From positions 2,688,001-2,752,000 of the forward strand of contig CBDCXL010000002.1 in assembly GCA_965223795.1 (NCBI GenBank): a stretch of 64,000 nucleotides of DNA. The letters are read 5' to 3'. Each line of letters begins with the position of its first letter. Position 1 is the first letter of the stretch. This document shows, piece by piece, positions 51,214 through 61,206 of the stretch. The notes beneath the pieces are model-generated. The model made no database searches, had not been told where the DNA came from, and was given only the letters and a program-made list of their open reading frames with translations. This DNA comes from Nitrospinales bacterium. GTDB taxonomy: Bacteria > Nitrospinota > Nitrospinia > Nitrospinales > VA-1. A program made the translations under genes and the position numbers.

Positions 51214-52740
51214 TTAAAACGGAATCGAATCGACGGCGAGCTGCATGAGGCCGGAGGGGTAAAAGCCGATGACGAGGATGGCGATGGAGCTGGCGGCGAT
51301 CAGGGTGCCCATGCCCTTGCTGATCTCGAAGGTCACGGGCTGCTCCTCTTCGTGGAAGTACATCATCACGATCACGCGCAGGTAAAAATACACCGAGATG
51401 ACGCTGGCGACGACGGCGAGCACGGTGATGAGGATGTAGCCGGCCTTGATGGCGGCGACGAACACGAACAGTTTGCCGAAAAAGCCCGCCGTGGGCGGAA
51501 TCCCGGCGAGCGAGACCATGAACAGGCTCATGGACGCCGCCAGCAGCGGGTGGCGCTTGGCGAGCCCCTTGAAGCGGTTGATGGAGTTGCCGTCTTTGCC
51601 TTCGCCTTCGAGCAGGAACACCACCGCGAACGCGCCGACATTCATGAACAGGTAAACGGCCATGTAGAAGATGATGCTGGCCATGCCGTCCTGGTTGTTG
51701 GCCACGATGCCGATCAGAAGGTAGCCCGCGTGCGCCACGCCGGAGTAGGCGAGCATGCGCTTGACGTTGTCCTGAAAGATCGCCGCGATGTTGCCGATCA
51801 GCATGGTCAGCACCGACGCGCCGAACAGAAACGGCATCCAGATCTCCTGCAGCCCGGTCAGGCTGATGTAGAAGATGCGGGCGATGAGCGCGAAGGCGGC
51901 GGCCTTGGTCGCCACCGACATGAAGCCGGTGATCGGCGTCGGCGCGCCCTGGTAGACGTCGGGCGTCCAGGAATGAAAGGGCACCAGCGACACCTTGAAC
52001 GCCAGGCCGGAGAACATCAGCCCCATGCCCATATAAACGAGAGTGTTCTGGCTGTACGGGTTTTCCTGGATGAGTTTGCCGATGAGCCGGATCTCGGTGG
52101 TGCCGGTTCCGGCGTACATCAGCGCCATGCCGTAAACCAGGATGGCCGAGGCGAACGCGCCGGTCAAAAGGTACTTGACGGTCGATTCCTGCGAGGACTG
52201 GCATTCCCAGGAGAGCTGGGGCGTGTCCGAGGGAACTTCCTTGCCGGTGCCGTGCTTGGCGGAAAAGCCGCACAGGATGTAGAGCGAGATGGAAAAGATC
52301 TCCAGCGACACGAACGCGGTGATCAGGTTGCCGGATTTGACGAGAAACATCATGCCGAACACGGTCATCAGGATGAGCGAGAAGTATTCGGCCTTGTTTT
52401 CGTGGTCGGCCTGCGGGTAACGCACCGATCCGAACAGGACGAACAGCGACATGATGAGAAAGATGATGTTGAAGGTCTGGGAGAAGCGGTCGTGGATGAC
52501 GGCGTTGCTGAACAGGTCCGGGTTGCCGCCGTTGCCGGCGGTGGGCGCGATGGTCCACAGGTAGCCGGAAAAGACCAGCGCGACGGCGACGCCGGTGAGC
52601 GCGGTCATGGACAGGTAGCCGTTGGAGTTGAAGGCTTTTTTCAACCCCATCATCAGGAGGAGCAAAGCCGTCAACAGGATCGTCAGCTCGGGCGCCAGGG
52701 CGATCCAGTCCTTCACTTCAAAATTGATTTGAAATTCCAT
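51214..52740 (-). CDS. nuoN: NADH-quinone oxidoreductase subunit N
   Basis: ALAPEL, EYFSLIL, KYLLTGAFAS, FKVSLVPFHSWTPDVYQGAPTP, KRMLAYSGVAHAG, SLAGIPPTAGF.GK and YFYLR. Confidence 0.93.
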   Translation of the reverse strand: MEFQINFEVKDWIALAPELTILLTALLLLMMGLKKAFNSNGYLSMTALTGVAVALVFSGYLWTIAPTAGNGGNPDLFSNAVIHDRFSQTFNIIFLIMSLFVLFGSVRYPQADHENKAEYFSLILMTVFGMMFLVKSGNLITAFVSLEIFSISLYILCGFSAKHGTGKEVPSDTPQLSWECQSSQESTVKYLLTGAFASAILVYGMALMYAGTGTTEIRLIGKLIQENPYSQNTLVYMGMGLMFSGLAFKVSLVPFHSWTPDVYQGAPTPITGFMSVATKAAAFALIARIFYISLTGLQEIWMPFLFGASVLTMLIGNIAAIFQDNVKRMLAYSGVAHAGYLLIGIVANNQDGMASIIFYMAVYLFMNVGAFAVVFLLEGEGKDGNSINRFKGLAKRHPLLAASMSLFMVSLAGIPPTAGFFGKLFVFVAAIKAGYILITVLAVVASVISVYFYLRVIVMMYFHEEEQPVTFEISKGMGTLIAASSIAILVIGFYPSGLMQLAVDSIPF

Positions 52741-52964
52741 TCTTAGTAAGCTGGAAATCAGTAAGAAAGGATATACGTCATCATATCGTCAGAGGTGTTT
52801 TGTAAATCATTTCCTCTTCGTTTTCAAGGGAATGTTTTCGCCTGCGCCGGGGAGGGCGGCCGCCCGATTCCGGTGAAATTGGCAGGACGGCGCATTCGCC
52901 GTCGCTTTCGATTTCAGGAAGACCATTCTGACCGCCCCGGTTCCGGTGGAGGAGGATATAAATA

Positions 52965-55900
52965 ATGACAGCAAAAAGGGTTACTGCCCCACTCGTTTTC
53001 ATCTTCCTGCCGATATTCTGGATCCTGGCCGTGATTCCGGCTGCCGCCGCCGTCCGCTTCAACGTTCCGGTACAGGTAACGACCAATCCGGGAGAGGATT
53101 TCGCCGCGACCCTGTCGCCGGACGGGAAATCGATGGTTTACGTTTCCGACCGCTCCGGCAATCTGGATCTCTGGCTCAAGCGCCTGGGAAAAGGCATCCA
53201 GCCTCCGGACGAGCCGCTCACCAACCACAGCGCCGAAGACAACGCGCCCCGCTTTCACAAGAGCGGCCGCAAGCTGGTGTTCGTGTCGCACCGGTCGGAC
53301 CCCAAGGGGGATCTGTACATCCTCGACCTGGACAGCAAAAACGCGGAAACCGGGGAATACGCGCTAACGCGTCTGACTCAGGACGATCTGCCGGAACTGG
53401 ACCCGGCCTGGTCCGCGGACGGCAAGGCGCTGTACTTCACATCGATTGCAGGCAAGTTCCGCGAGCAGGCGATCTTTAAAATCGACATTGCTTCCGGCAC
53501 GAAAACCCGGGTGGTGGAATCCGGCGGCAATCCCGCGGTGTCCCCGGACGGCAAATACCTGGCCTACGTATCGCGCGACCGTGACGCCGATCTGTGGGTG
53601 CAGGAACTTGCGACGGGAAACAAGGTGCAGATCACCTCGGGCCCGGAGATCGAGGTGTCGCCTGAATGGTCCGCCGACGGGACGCGCATCTACTTCAACC
53701 GCTACGAGAACGACACCAACTACGACGGCGATCTCACGATCGACGACAACCCCAATATCTGGAGCGTGGCGTTCGCTGCGTTCAAAGGCGGCGTGCAGCG
53801 GCAGCTCACCGACAGTTCGACCTACGATCTTTTGCCGTCCGCGGCCGGCGACGGCAGGCTGTATTACACCTCCAACCGCAGGTCCGGCATCGACGTGTGG
53901 TCCATCCCGCCGGAGGGCATCTTCCCCAAAGCCAAAAACTACGGGCTCTCGCTGCAGGTGGCGGACGACAACTGCGGCGGCAACGAGAAATACTCCTATC
54001 CCTGCCTGCTGGCCTACCAGAACCTGATCCGCGAGTACGACGGCGAGGAAGGGCTGTCCCGCATCCGCTACCGGCTGGCGAAGGGCTACGCCGAATCCGG
54101 CTATCCGGAGGAAGCGGCGCAGTTTTTCACGCAGATCGTGGAAAAGCACCCGGAGCGGCCTGCCTATCAGGGGTTGTCGGAGATCGAGCTGTTGCTGCTC
54201 AGACTGGAGCGGGCGCGCGAGGAAGGCCCGACCGTGCACCGGGAAAAGGTCAAGGACGGGCTCGACACCCTCGATGCGATCGCCCGGCGCTACCAGGAGC
54301 ATCCGCAGGTGGTGGCGCGCGCGTATCTGGAATCGGGAAACCTGCATTTCATGCTTGAGGATCAGGCCAAGGCGCTGAGCTTCTACAAGAAGGTGATGCA
54401 GGAATACCCCAGCCAGCGCGTGCTGTCCGCGGCGGCGGCGTTTTCGCAGAGCCAGATCTATTCCCTCGTGGGCGATCAGGAACGGCTGGTGGGTTCCTAC
54501 GTGCAGGTGGTCGAAGACTATTACGATGTGGACCTGTGGTCGGACAGCGCGGTGGAGGAAATCCTGAGCCTGTTCGAAAAGCAGCCGACGCTGGAGAAGA
54601 AAGTTTCCAGCCTGCAGGCGCTGACCGCGAAATACAAGGACCTGCCGCGCCTGGGTGCTGCGGTGCAGAACAGAATCGGCCAGCTGTACCACGAAGCCAA
54701 CGAGAACCTGCTCGCCAAGGAAGCCTACCGCCGGACGCTTGAGAAATACCCCAAGGCCGACACGCAGACCTTCCGGGCGAAAATGGCGCTCGCCAACATC
54801 TATTCTGAAGAGGAGAATTTCGAGCAGAGCCTGAACGTCCTGAAGGAAATCTCCGACAACCCGGTTTTTGACGAGCAGGAACTGGAGCGGGCGCGTCAGG
54901 GATTCGTGCGCAAGACCCTGGAGAAGGGCACCTGGGAGCTGCGCGTGGGGGAGATCAAGCTGGCGCGCAAGACCTTCCGCCGCCTGATCGACACCAGCCC
55001 GGATACGGTCGAGGCGCACCGCGGCTACCTGCAGGCCAGCGCCATCCTCAAGGAAGTGGCGAAGACCATTCCTTATTATGAAAAGCGCGTGGCGGCGCGG
55101 CCCGATTCCGCGACCGATCATTACGCCCTCGGGCTGGCGGTGACCTATCTCGATCCGCCGGATCTGGACCGCGCCGAAAAGGAGATCGGCGTCGCGCTCG
55201 GCCTCGATTCGCAGCAGGTGTTCTTTCACCAGACGCTGGGATGGATCTACGAGCAGAAAGAGCGCAGCAACCCCGGCAAGGATTATCTGGAACGGGCGCT
55301 GTACGAGTACCAGACCGCGCTGGCGCTGAACGACGCGTCGCGCAACGCGGAAAACGAGGCGGACCTGCTGCTCAATCTCGGCAACGGGCATTACCTGCTC
55401 AAGAATCACTACGCCGCCTACCAGTACTACGACAAGCGCAACGCCCGCACCGAACCGTTCTTCGATGAAAACCGCGAGGCTGTGTTCCGCCAGCGCTACG
55501 GCGAAAGCGCATTCCGGGCGGGCTTCCACGACGTGGCGCTTACCCAGTTGAAAAAGGCGCTGACGCTGGTTTCCAAAAAGAAGGATCTGAGCCGCATGGC
55601 CGAGCTCAACGACCGCATCGCGCTGGTCTACCAGGACCAGGGCGACCACGCGCCGGCGGTGGAGTATTTCTCCAAGACTTTGGAGCTCAATCGCGAGGCG
55701 GGCAACCAGGCTTCGCTCACCCGCTCGCTGAGAAACATCGCCAACAACCTCGTCATGCTGAACCAGTCGCAGGAAGAGCCGGACATCCCGTCCCTCAACC
55801 AGGCGCTCAACAATTATTTCCAGGCCATCGACAACCTGGAAAAGCACGGCGTGGTGCAGAAAGGCAAAGCCAAAAAGAAAAGTGGGCTGTTCGGCGTGGC

Positions 55901-58900
55901 GGTGGAGACCGGTCTGGACGCCGACGCCTCCTCGGCGGCGACCGGATTCGACAAGACCGGTGAGGAAAAACTCATCTTTCACTATATCGGCAAGATCTAC
56001 GGCGATTTCGGCGAATACGGCAAAGCCATCGAATACTTCGAGAAGAAGCTGGCGTTGATTCCCGAAAACCTCGATGTGCAGAAGAACATTCCCGTGTTGC
56101 TGGAAAAAGCGCTGCTGCAAAACCAGATCGGCAATTTTTATTACAAATCCGGTGACGCCGACGCCAGCCGGAAATATTTCAGGGACTCCTACGCGGTTTC
56201 CAAACAACTCAACAACAAGCACGGCATCGCGGTGAACGCGGCGAACATCGCCCGCACGGTGTTCAGCAAGAGCCAGACCACGCCACTGCCCGCGCTGCGC
56301 GGCGAGATCGAGGACACGGTGCGCCTGCTGGAGGAGGCCGCCGAAGCACTGGAACCCGTGGAGACGCTCACGCGCACGGAGGATCTCGCTTATCTGAAAA
56401 ACTATCTGGGCATCTTCACCCATGCTTTGGGGTACCGCCTGCCGGCGCCGGTCAAGGCCTCGATCGATCCCAGGCAGCCGGACGGCGGCCTGAAAGCGCA
56501 GCTCATCGCATCGACCGAGGGGCTCAAGCGGCAGGCGGATTATGTGAAGCGCTCGCAGGCCTATTTCAACGAAGCCGAGGCGCTGCTGGATAAAGCGGAA
56601 GGCGATCATCAGGAACTCAAGCGGGCGATCGCGCAGAATAAGCTGCTGGCCGAGAAGCTGACCGGCAGCGCGAAAAAAGCGCAGGCCGCCGCCGGGCCGC
56701 CGCCCTGGTACCTGGACTGGCGGTACCGGTATCAGGAATCGCTGGTGGCTCCGCCGAAAGAGCGGTTCCGCCTGTTGATGGAAGCGGAGTCTTTGTTGAG
56801 CGGCCTGCCGTACGGGCTGGTGGAGAACACTCCCTCGACGCTGATTCTCGTGGAGGATCTGTACCGCACGCTCACACAGTTTCTTTTCAACGCCGAGCGC
56901 TATGACGAAGCGCTGCACTATTCCGAGAAAGGCCGGCAGCAGCTCATCATTCTGCTGCGCCCGGAGGTGCAGCTAAACAACAACGAGGAGCGCCGCACGT
57001 TCTACGAAGACCTTTCAGCCTACGCGGAACGGCTGAAAGAGGCCAGGGGCGAGGACGCCGAAGAGGAGCGCGAAGCGATCATCGAGGAATACCGGGAGAT
57101 CCTGTCGATCCTGCAGGAGGAAGACCCGGCGCTGGCCGCGCTGTTCGCCCCGCACGTTCCGGATCTGACCGCGATTCAGGAGAACCTGAAACCGGGGCAG
57201 AGCATTGTGAAGTATCAAAAGCTGCCGGACGGAATCAGAGTATGGGACATCCGCCCCGCCGCCGTTCGCGGCGCGCGGCTGAATGCGGACGCGGATCTCA
57301 ACCGCATCATCGTCCGGCTGGCGCAGGAGCAGGCTCCGCTGCAGAACACGGACGTGAGCCGGCTGTCGCAGGCGCTGATCGCGCCGGTTTCCGCCTGGCT
57401 CAAGGACACGCGCTCGCTTTACCTCATCGCCGACGGGGCACTGGAGTTTCTGCCCTGGGCGGCGTTCAGCGCGAACGGACGCACGCTTGCGGAGTCGATG
57501 CCGGTGACGTTTCTGTCCTCACTGTCGCAGCTGGCGCTGGCGGAGCGGAAAAAGAACCTGTACAACTCGCGCTTCCTGGGAGTGAACGCTCCGGGCGCGC
57601 AGGCGTTCGCGCCGCAATACGCCACGGTCGTGAACCTCACCGGCGAGAAAGCCACGCGCGAGGAATTCCGTTCCCTGTGGGCGCATTACGGTGTCGTCCA
57701 CATTGAAGGCAAAACGCACCTCAACGCACGCCAGTTTTCCGGCTCCTATTTCAACCTGGACCCCAACCCCAGGCAGTTTCAGCGTGTGAGCCTGAAAGAG
57801 CTGTTCGGCGATGCGTTCGAGCCCAACTTCATCGCGCTGACCGACCTGGCCATGGAATTCAAGCCGGAGATTTCGCTCTCGCCCACGGCGCTGTTGATTC
57901 AGGGCCTCACTTTCAAAGGCTATCCGGGCATCCTGCTGCGCAGCGGCCCGAAGGACGCCGCCCTGCATGACACGCTGATGCGGCATTTCTATGAGGATTT
58001 CAGAAACGGCAATCCTTCCGAATCCCTGCGCAAGGCGCAGGTGGAGGCGGCCCGGCTGCATCCGGGGTCGCTGGCGTGGACCGGCTACCGATATTACGGG
58101 TTTTCCGGCATGGACCCCGAGGAGAAAAACCAGTTCGCCGAAACCCATTTCATGAAAAACGCCCAGGGGGGCGCGCGGGCGATTCTCGACAAGGACTGGC
58201 TGAGCGCCATCGACCGGCTGGAAAAATCACTGGCGCTTTTGGATTTTCTCAAGGACAAATCGCTCGCGCCGAAGATCTACAAATCGCTCGCCCAGGCGGC
58301 GTACAACATCGAGGATTATCCCAAGGCCATCGCGTACCAGAAAGACCTGCTGAAATTCGTTGAAAACAGCGAGGACCCGGAGGAACGGGCGGAAGCGCTC
58401 TACTTTCTGGGCATCCTGTATTCCAGGGCGGAGCAGTATCCGACGGCGGTGGACCATCTGCGGCAGGCACTCAAGATTTACGAGGAGAACGAGATCCTCG
58501 ACCGGCTGGCGGAAAATTACAGCACGCTGGGCATCGTCGAGGAGAACGCGCTCGATTACGATCAGGCGCTGGAAGCGTTCAACGCCTCGCTCAAGATCAA
58601 CGAAGAGATCGGCGAAGACCTCAACCGCGGCCGCGAGCTTCGGCGCATCGGCAGGATCTATTATCTGAGGCTCAACCAGTACGGCCAGGCGCTGCGCTAC
58701 TTCTCGGCGGCGTTCAAACTGTTCAAGGAGCTCGACCATGCGGAGCAGATGGTGGAGACGCTGCTGGAGCTGGGACTGGTCTCGGAAAAGCAGGGCGATT
58801 TCGCCAAGGCGCTGGAGTTTTACACGCAGGCGCAGGCAATGGCGACGAAGCACGATCTGAAGGGCGGGCTCTCGAAAGCGCTGCTCTATCAGGCGAACTC

Positions 58901-60986
58901 GTACTGGTTCCAGGGCGATTACCAGAAGGCGTTCCGCTTTCAGCGCGAATCGCTGGACATCGCCGAAGCCATCGAGGACGTCCGCCAGCAGGCGTTCATC
59001 CACAACACGCTGGGACTCATCCACTGGACGCTCAACGATTCCGAACGCGCTCTCAGAAGCCTCAACCGCAGCCTGGAGCTGGCGAAGCAGATCCATTCGC
59101 CGCTCGACATCGCCTCGGCCAACAACAACATCGGCCTGGTGCACCGCAAGGACAAGCGCTACGAGGAGTCGATTGAATTTTTCAACAGGGCGCTGGAACA
59201 GGACATCAAGCTCAAGTCCAAATGGGGGCAGGGCTACACGCACCGCAACCTGGGCATGAGCAAGATGCGGCTCAAACGGCTGGACGAGGCCGAGCCGCAC
59301 ATCGACAAGGCCATTGCGCTCAGCAGGGAGATCGGCAACCGCACCAACCTGGTGAAGTCCATGCTGGAGTCGGGGCACCTGGCACTGGAGAGAAACCAGT
59401 GCGAAAAGGCGGTGCCGATCTTTGAGGAAACCGGCACGCTGGCCGAAACGCTCAACATTCGCGAAGTGCTCTGGCGCGCGCTGCGCGGGCAGGGGGTCTG
59501 CCTGAAGCGCGCCAACCAGCGCGCCGAAGCGGTGGAGGTGTACAAGAAGGCGGTGGACGTGGTGGACAAGATGCGCGCCGCCATCAAGGTCGAGGAGTTT
59601 CAGAACGGCTTCCTCACGGACAAGCAGGATGTGTACAAGGAGTTGATCCTGCTGCTGCTGGATATGGGCAAGGCGGAGGCGGCGTTCAATTTCGCGGAGA
59701 AAGCGAAGGCGAGGAGCTTCATCGACCTTTTGGGCAACCAGAAGATCAGCCTCAAAAACGACGTCAGCCAGAAGCTGTACGACGCGCTCACCGAACAGAA
59801 AAAGACCATTCGCATGGTCGAGGACGCGCTGGGTGCGGCGCGCTCGCAGGCGGATGAAGAAAAAATGAAAACGCTGTCCGCCCGGCTGGTGTCGGCGCGC
59901 ACGGCCTATCAGGATCTGCTGATCCGGGCCAAGGAGCAAAGCCCGGAGATTTCCAGCTTCGTCACCGTGGAATCGATCACTCTCAAAGAGCTCGACGCCT
60001 ATATGGAAGAACCGATGGCGCTACTCGAATACCTGGTGACGGAAAACGAGCTGGTCATCTGGGTGGTGGTGAAGGGCGGCATCGATGTGGTGCGCGTGCC
60101 GGTGAAGGAAGCGGACATCAGCCGCGTGGTCAAGGATTACCGCAAGCGCATCCAGCAGCTCGCTCCGGTGGAGGATCAGCTGTCGCAGCTTTACAACTGG
60201 CTGATGCGTCCGGTGGAGAAGTTCACCTCACAGAAGCGCGTGCTGGCGATCGTTCCGCACAGCCACCTGCATTATGTGGCTTATGCGTCGCTGAAAGACG
60301 GGGAAAGCTATCTCATCGAAAAGCACCCGCTGTTCTACTCGCCCAGCGCGTCGGTGCTGCGCTACACCTTCAAGCGCAAGTTTGAAAAGAGCGCCCAGAT
60401 CAAGGTGCTGGCACTGGGCAACCCGGATCTCGGCGATTTCAACTACGATCTGCCGCTGGCGGAGATGGAGGCCAAATCCATCCGCTGGGAGTTTCCGCGC
60501 ATCGACATCCTGACGCGCGACAAGGCCACGGAAAGCTGGCTGCAGAAACACATCAGCGATTATCAGATCATCCACATCGCCTCGCACGGTGAGTTCGATC
60601 CGATCAACCCGCTGTTTTCCTCGCTGAAGCTGACGAAGGACAAATCCGAAGACGGCAACTTCGAGGTCAACGAGGTGTTTTCCCTGCAGATCAACGCCGA
60701 CATCGTGACGCTCAGCGCCTGCCAGACCGGGCTGGGAGAGATCACCGCCGGGGACGATCTGGTGGGGCTGAACCGGGCGTTCATCTACGCGGGCACGCAT
60801 TCGCTGTTGTCCTCGCTGTGGCGGGTGAGCGACATCTCGACGGCAGTGCTGATCAAGCATTTTTACCGCAACTATGTGCAGAACGACAAAGCCGAGAGCC
60901 TGCGCAAGGCGCAGCTGTTGGTCAAGAATCTCTATCCGCATCCCTCCTACTGGGCGGGCTTCAACCTGACAGGGGATTTCCGCTGA
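52965..60986 (+). CDS. Giant secreted PD40/TolB-propeller, TPR, double-CHAT protein (2673 aa)
   Basis: SD GGAGG; signal peptide; PD40 repeats (SPDGK...FVSDRSGN.DLW); many TPRs; degenerate CHAT near 57200-58110; intact C-terminal CHAT with IHIASHG, LSACQTGLG, SLWRVSD and HPSYWAGF. Confidence 0.92.
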   Translation: MTAKRVTAPLVFIFLPIFWILAVIPAAAAVRFNVPVQVTTNPGEDFAATLSPDGKSMVYVSDRSGNLDLWLKRLGKGIQPPDEPLTNHSAEDNAPRFHKSGRKLVFVSHRSDPKGDLYILDLDSKNAETGEYALTRLTQDDLPELDPAWSADGKALYFTSIAGKFREQAIFKIDIASGTKTRVVESGGNPAVSPDGKYLAYVSRDRDADLWVQELATGNKVQITSGPEIEVSPEWSADGTRIYFNRYENDTNYDGDLTIDDNPNIWSVAFAAFKGGVQRQLTDSSTYDLLPSAAGDGRLYYTSNRRSGIDVWSIPPEGIFPKAKNYGLSLQVADDNCGGNEKYSYPCLLAYQNLIREYDGEEGLSRIRYRLAKGYAESGYPEEAAQFFTQIVEKHPERPAYQGLSEIELLLLRLERAREEGPTVHREKVKDGLDTLDAIARRYQEHPQVVARAYLESGNLHFMLEDQAKALSFYKKVMQEYPSQRVLSAAAAFSQSQIYSLVGDQERLVGSYVQVVEDYYDVDLWSDSAVEEILSLFEKQPTLEKKVSSLQALTAKYKDLPRLGAAVQNRIGQLYHEANENLLAKEAYRRTLEKYPKADTQTFRAKMALANIYSEEENFEQSLNVLKEISDNPVFDEQELERARQGFVRKTLEKGTWELRVGEIKLARKTFRRLIDTSPDTVEAHRGYLQASAILKEVAKTIPYYEKRVAARPDSATDHYALGLAVTYLDPPDLDRAEKEIGVALGLDSQQVFFHQTLGWIYEQKERSNPGKDYLERALYEYQTALALNDASRNAENEADLLLNLGNGHYLLKNHYAAYQYYDKRNARTEPFFDENREAVFRQRYGESAFRAGFHDVALTQLKKALTLVSKKKDLSRMAELNDRIALVYQDQGDHAPAVEYFSKTLELNREAGNQASLTRSLRNIANNLVMLNQSQEEPDIPSLNQALNNYFQAIDNLEKHGVVQKGKAKKKSGLFGVAVETGLDADASSAATGFDKTGEEKLIFHYIGKIYGDFGEYGKAIEYFEKKLALIPENLDVQKNIPVLLEKALLQNQIGNFYYKSGDADASRKYFRDSYAVSKQLNNKHGIAVNAANIARTVFSKSQTTPLPALRGEIEDTVRLLEEAAEALEPVETLTRTEDLAYLKNYLGIFTHALGYRLPAPVKASIDPRQPDGGLKAQLIASTEGLKRQADYVKRSQAYFNEAEALLDKAEGDHQELKRAIAQNKLLAEKLTGSAKKAQAAAGPPPWYLDWRYRYQESLVAPPKERFRLLMEAESLLSGLPYGLVENTPSTLILVEDLYRTLTQFLFNAERYDEALHYSEKGRQQLIILLRPEVQLNNNEERRTFYEDLSAYAERLKEARGEDAEEEREAIIEEYREILSILQEEDPALAALFAPHVPDLTAIQENLKPGQSIVKYQKLPDGIRVWDIRPAAVRGARLNADADLNRIIVRLAQEQAPLQNTDVSRLSQALIAPVSAWLKDTRSLYLIADGALEFLPWAAFSANGRTLAESMPVTFLSSLSQLALAERKKNLYNSRFLGVNAPGAQAFAPQYATVVNLTGEKATREEFRSLWAHYGVVHIEGKTHLNARQFSGSYFNLDPNPRQFQRVSLKELFGDAFEPNFIALTDLAMEFKPEISLSPTALLIQGLTFKGYPGILLRSGPKDAALHDTLMRHFYEDFRNGNPSESLRKAQVEAARLHPGSLAWTGYRYYGFSGMDPEEKNQFAETHFMKNAQGGARAILDKDWLSAIDRLEKSLALLDFLKDKSLAPKIYKSLAQAAYNIEDYPKAIAYQKDLLKFVENSEDPEERAEALYFLGILYSRAEQYPTAVDHLRQALKIYEENEILDRLAENYSTLGIVEENALDYDQALEAFNASLKINEEIGEDLNRGRELRRIGRIYYLRLNQYGQALRYFSAAFKLFKELDHAEQMVETLLELGLVSEKQGDFAKALEFYTQAQAMATKHDLKGGLSKALLYQANSYWFQGDYQKAFRFQRESLDIAEAIEDVRQQAFIHNTLGLIHWTLNDSERALRSLNRSLELAKQIHSPLDIASANNNIGLVHRKDKRYEESIEFFNRALEQDIKLKSKWGQGYTHRNLGMSKMRLKRLDEAEPHIDKAIALSREIGNRTNLVKSMLESGHLALERNQCEKAVPIFEETGTLAETLNIREVLWRALRGQGVCLKRANQRAEAVEVYKKAVDVVDKMRAAIKVEEFQNGFLTDKQDVYKELILLLLDMGKAEAAFNFAEKAKARSFIDLLGNQKISLKNDVSQKLYDALTEQKKTIRMVEDALGAARSQADEEKMKTLSARLVSARTAYQDLLIRAKEQSPEISSFVTVESITLKELDAYMEEPMALLEYLVTENELVIWVVVKGGIDVVRVPVKEADISRVVKDYRKRIQQLAPVEDQLSQLYNWLMRPVEKFTSQKRVLAIVPHSHLHYVAYASLKDGESYLIEKHPLFYSPSASVLRYTFKRKFEKSAQIKVLALGNPDLGDFNYDLPLAEMEAKSIRWEFPRIDILTRDKATESWLQKHISDYQIIHIASHGEFDPINPLFSSLKLTKDKSEDGNFEVNEVFSLQINADIVTLSACQTGLGEITAGDDLVGLNRAFIYAGTHSLLSSLWRVSDISTAVLIKHFYRNYVQNDKAESLRKAQLLVKNLYPHPSYWAGFNLTGDFR

Positions 60987-60997
60987 AAAAGAACCGG

Positions 60998-61144
60998 CCT
61001 CGCGCCAAGACGCGAAGAAAAGAATGGGACAGGATTAACGGGATAACAGCGGAAAAAAAGAAAAACTGCTTTAACCGCAAAGACGCAAAGTTCGCAAAGC
61101 CCCCCCCCTCACCTTAGTCCTCTCCCCCCGGAGGGGGGAGAGGA
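60998..61144. repeat. Cluster of short repeats and a REP-like hairpin (family B)
   Basis: CGCAAAG x3 (61076-61099), CAGGATTAA/CGGGATAA, and CCCTCACCTTAG followed by the 12-bp stem TCCTCTCCCCCC-GGA-GGGGGGAGAGGA (61118-61144). Confidence 0.65.
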
Positions 61145-61206
61145 AGTAAAAAAGATTTCAAATTCTTGAAGTGCATAAATCTTTTTTATTGCGCATTTGA
61201 GTATTG

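Noticed and set aside
53364..56918. 1184-aa antisense ORF inside the CHAT gene, and similar long shadows (4125-5624, 5939-7318, 25676-27493, 46317-47861, 51181-52746, 58227-59939)
   Set aside because: They mirror well-supported genes on the opposite strand and have no motifs. Such ORFs are expected from high GC at third codon positions.
52965..60986. CRISPR-associated (Craspase-type) role for the TPR-CHAT protein
   Set aside because: No CRISPR array or cas gene in the window, and the protein appears to have a signal peptide.
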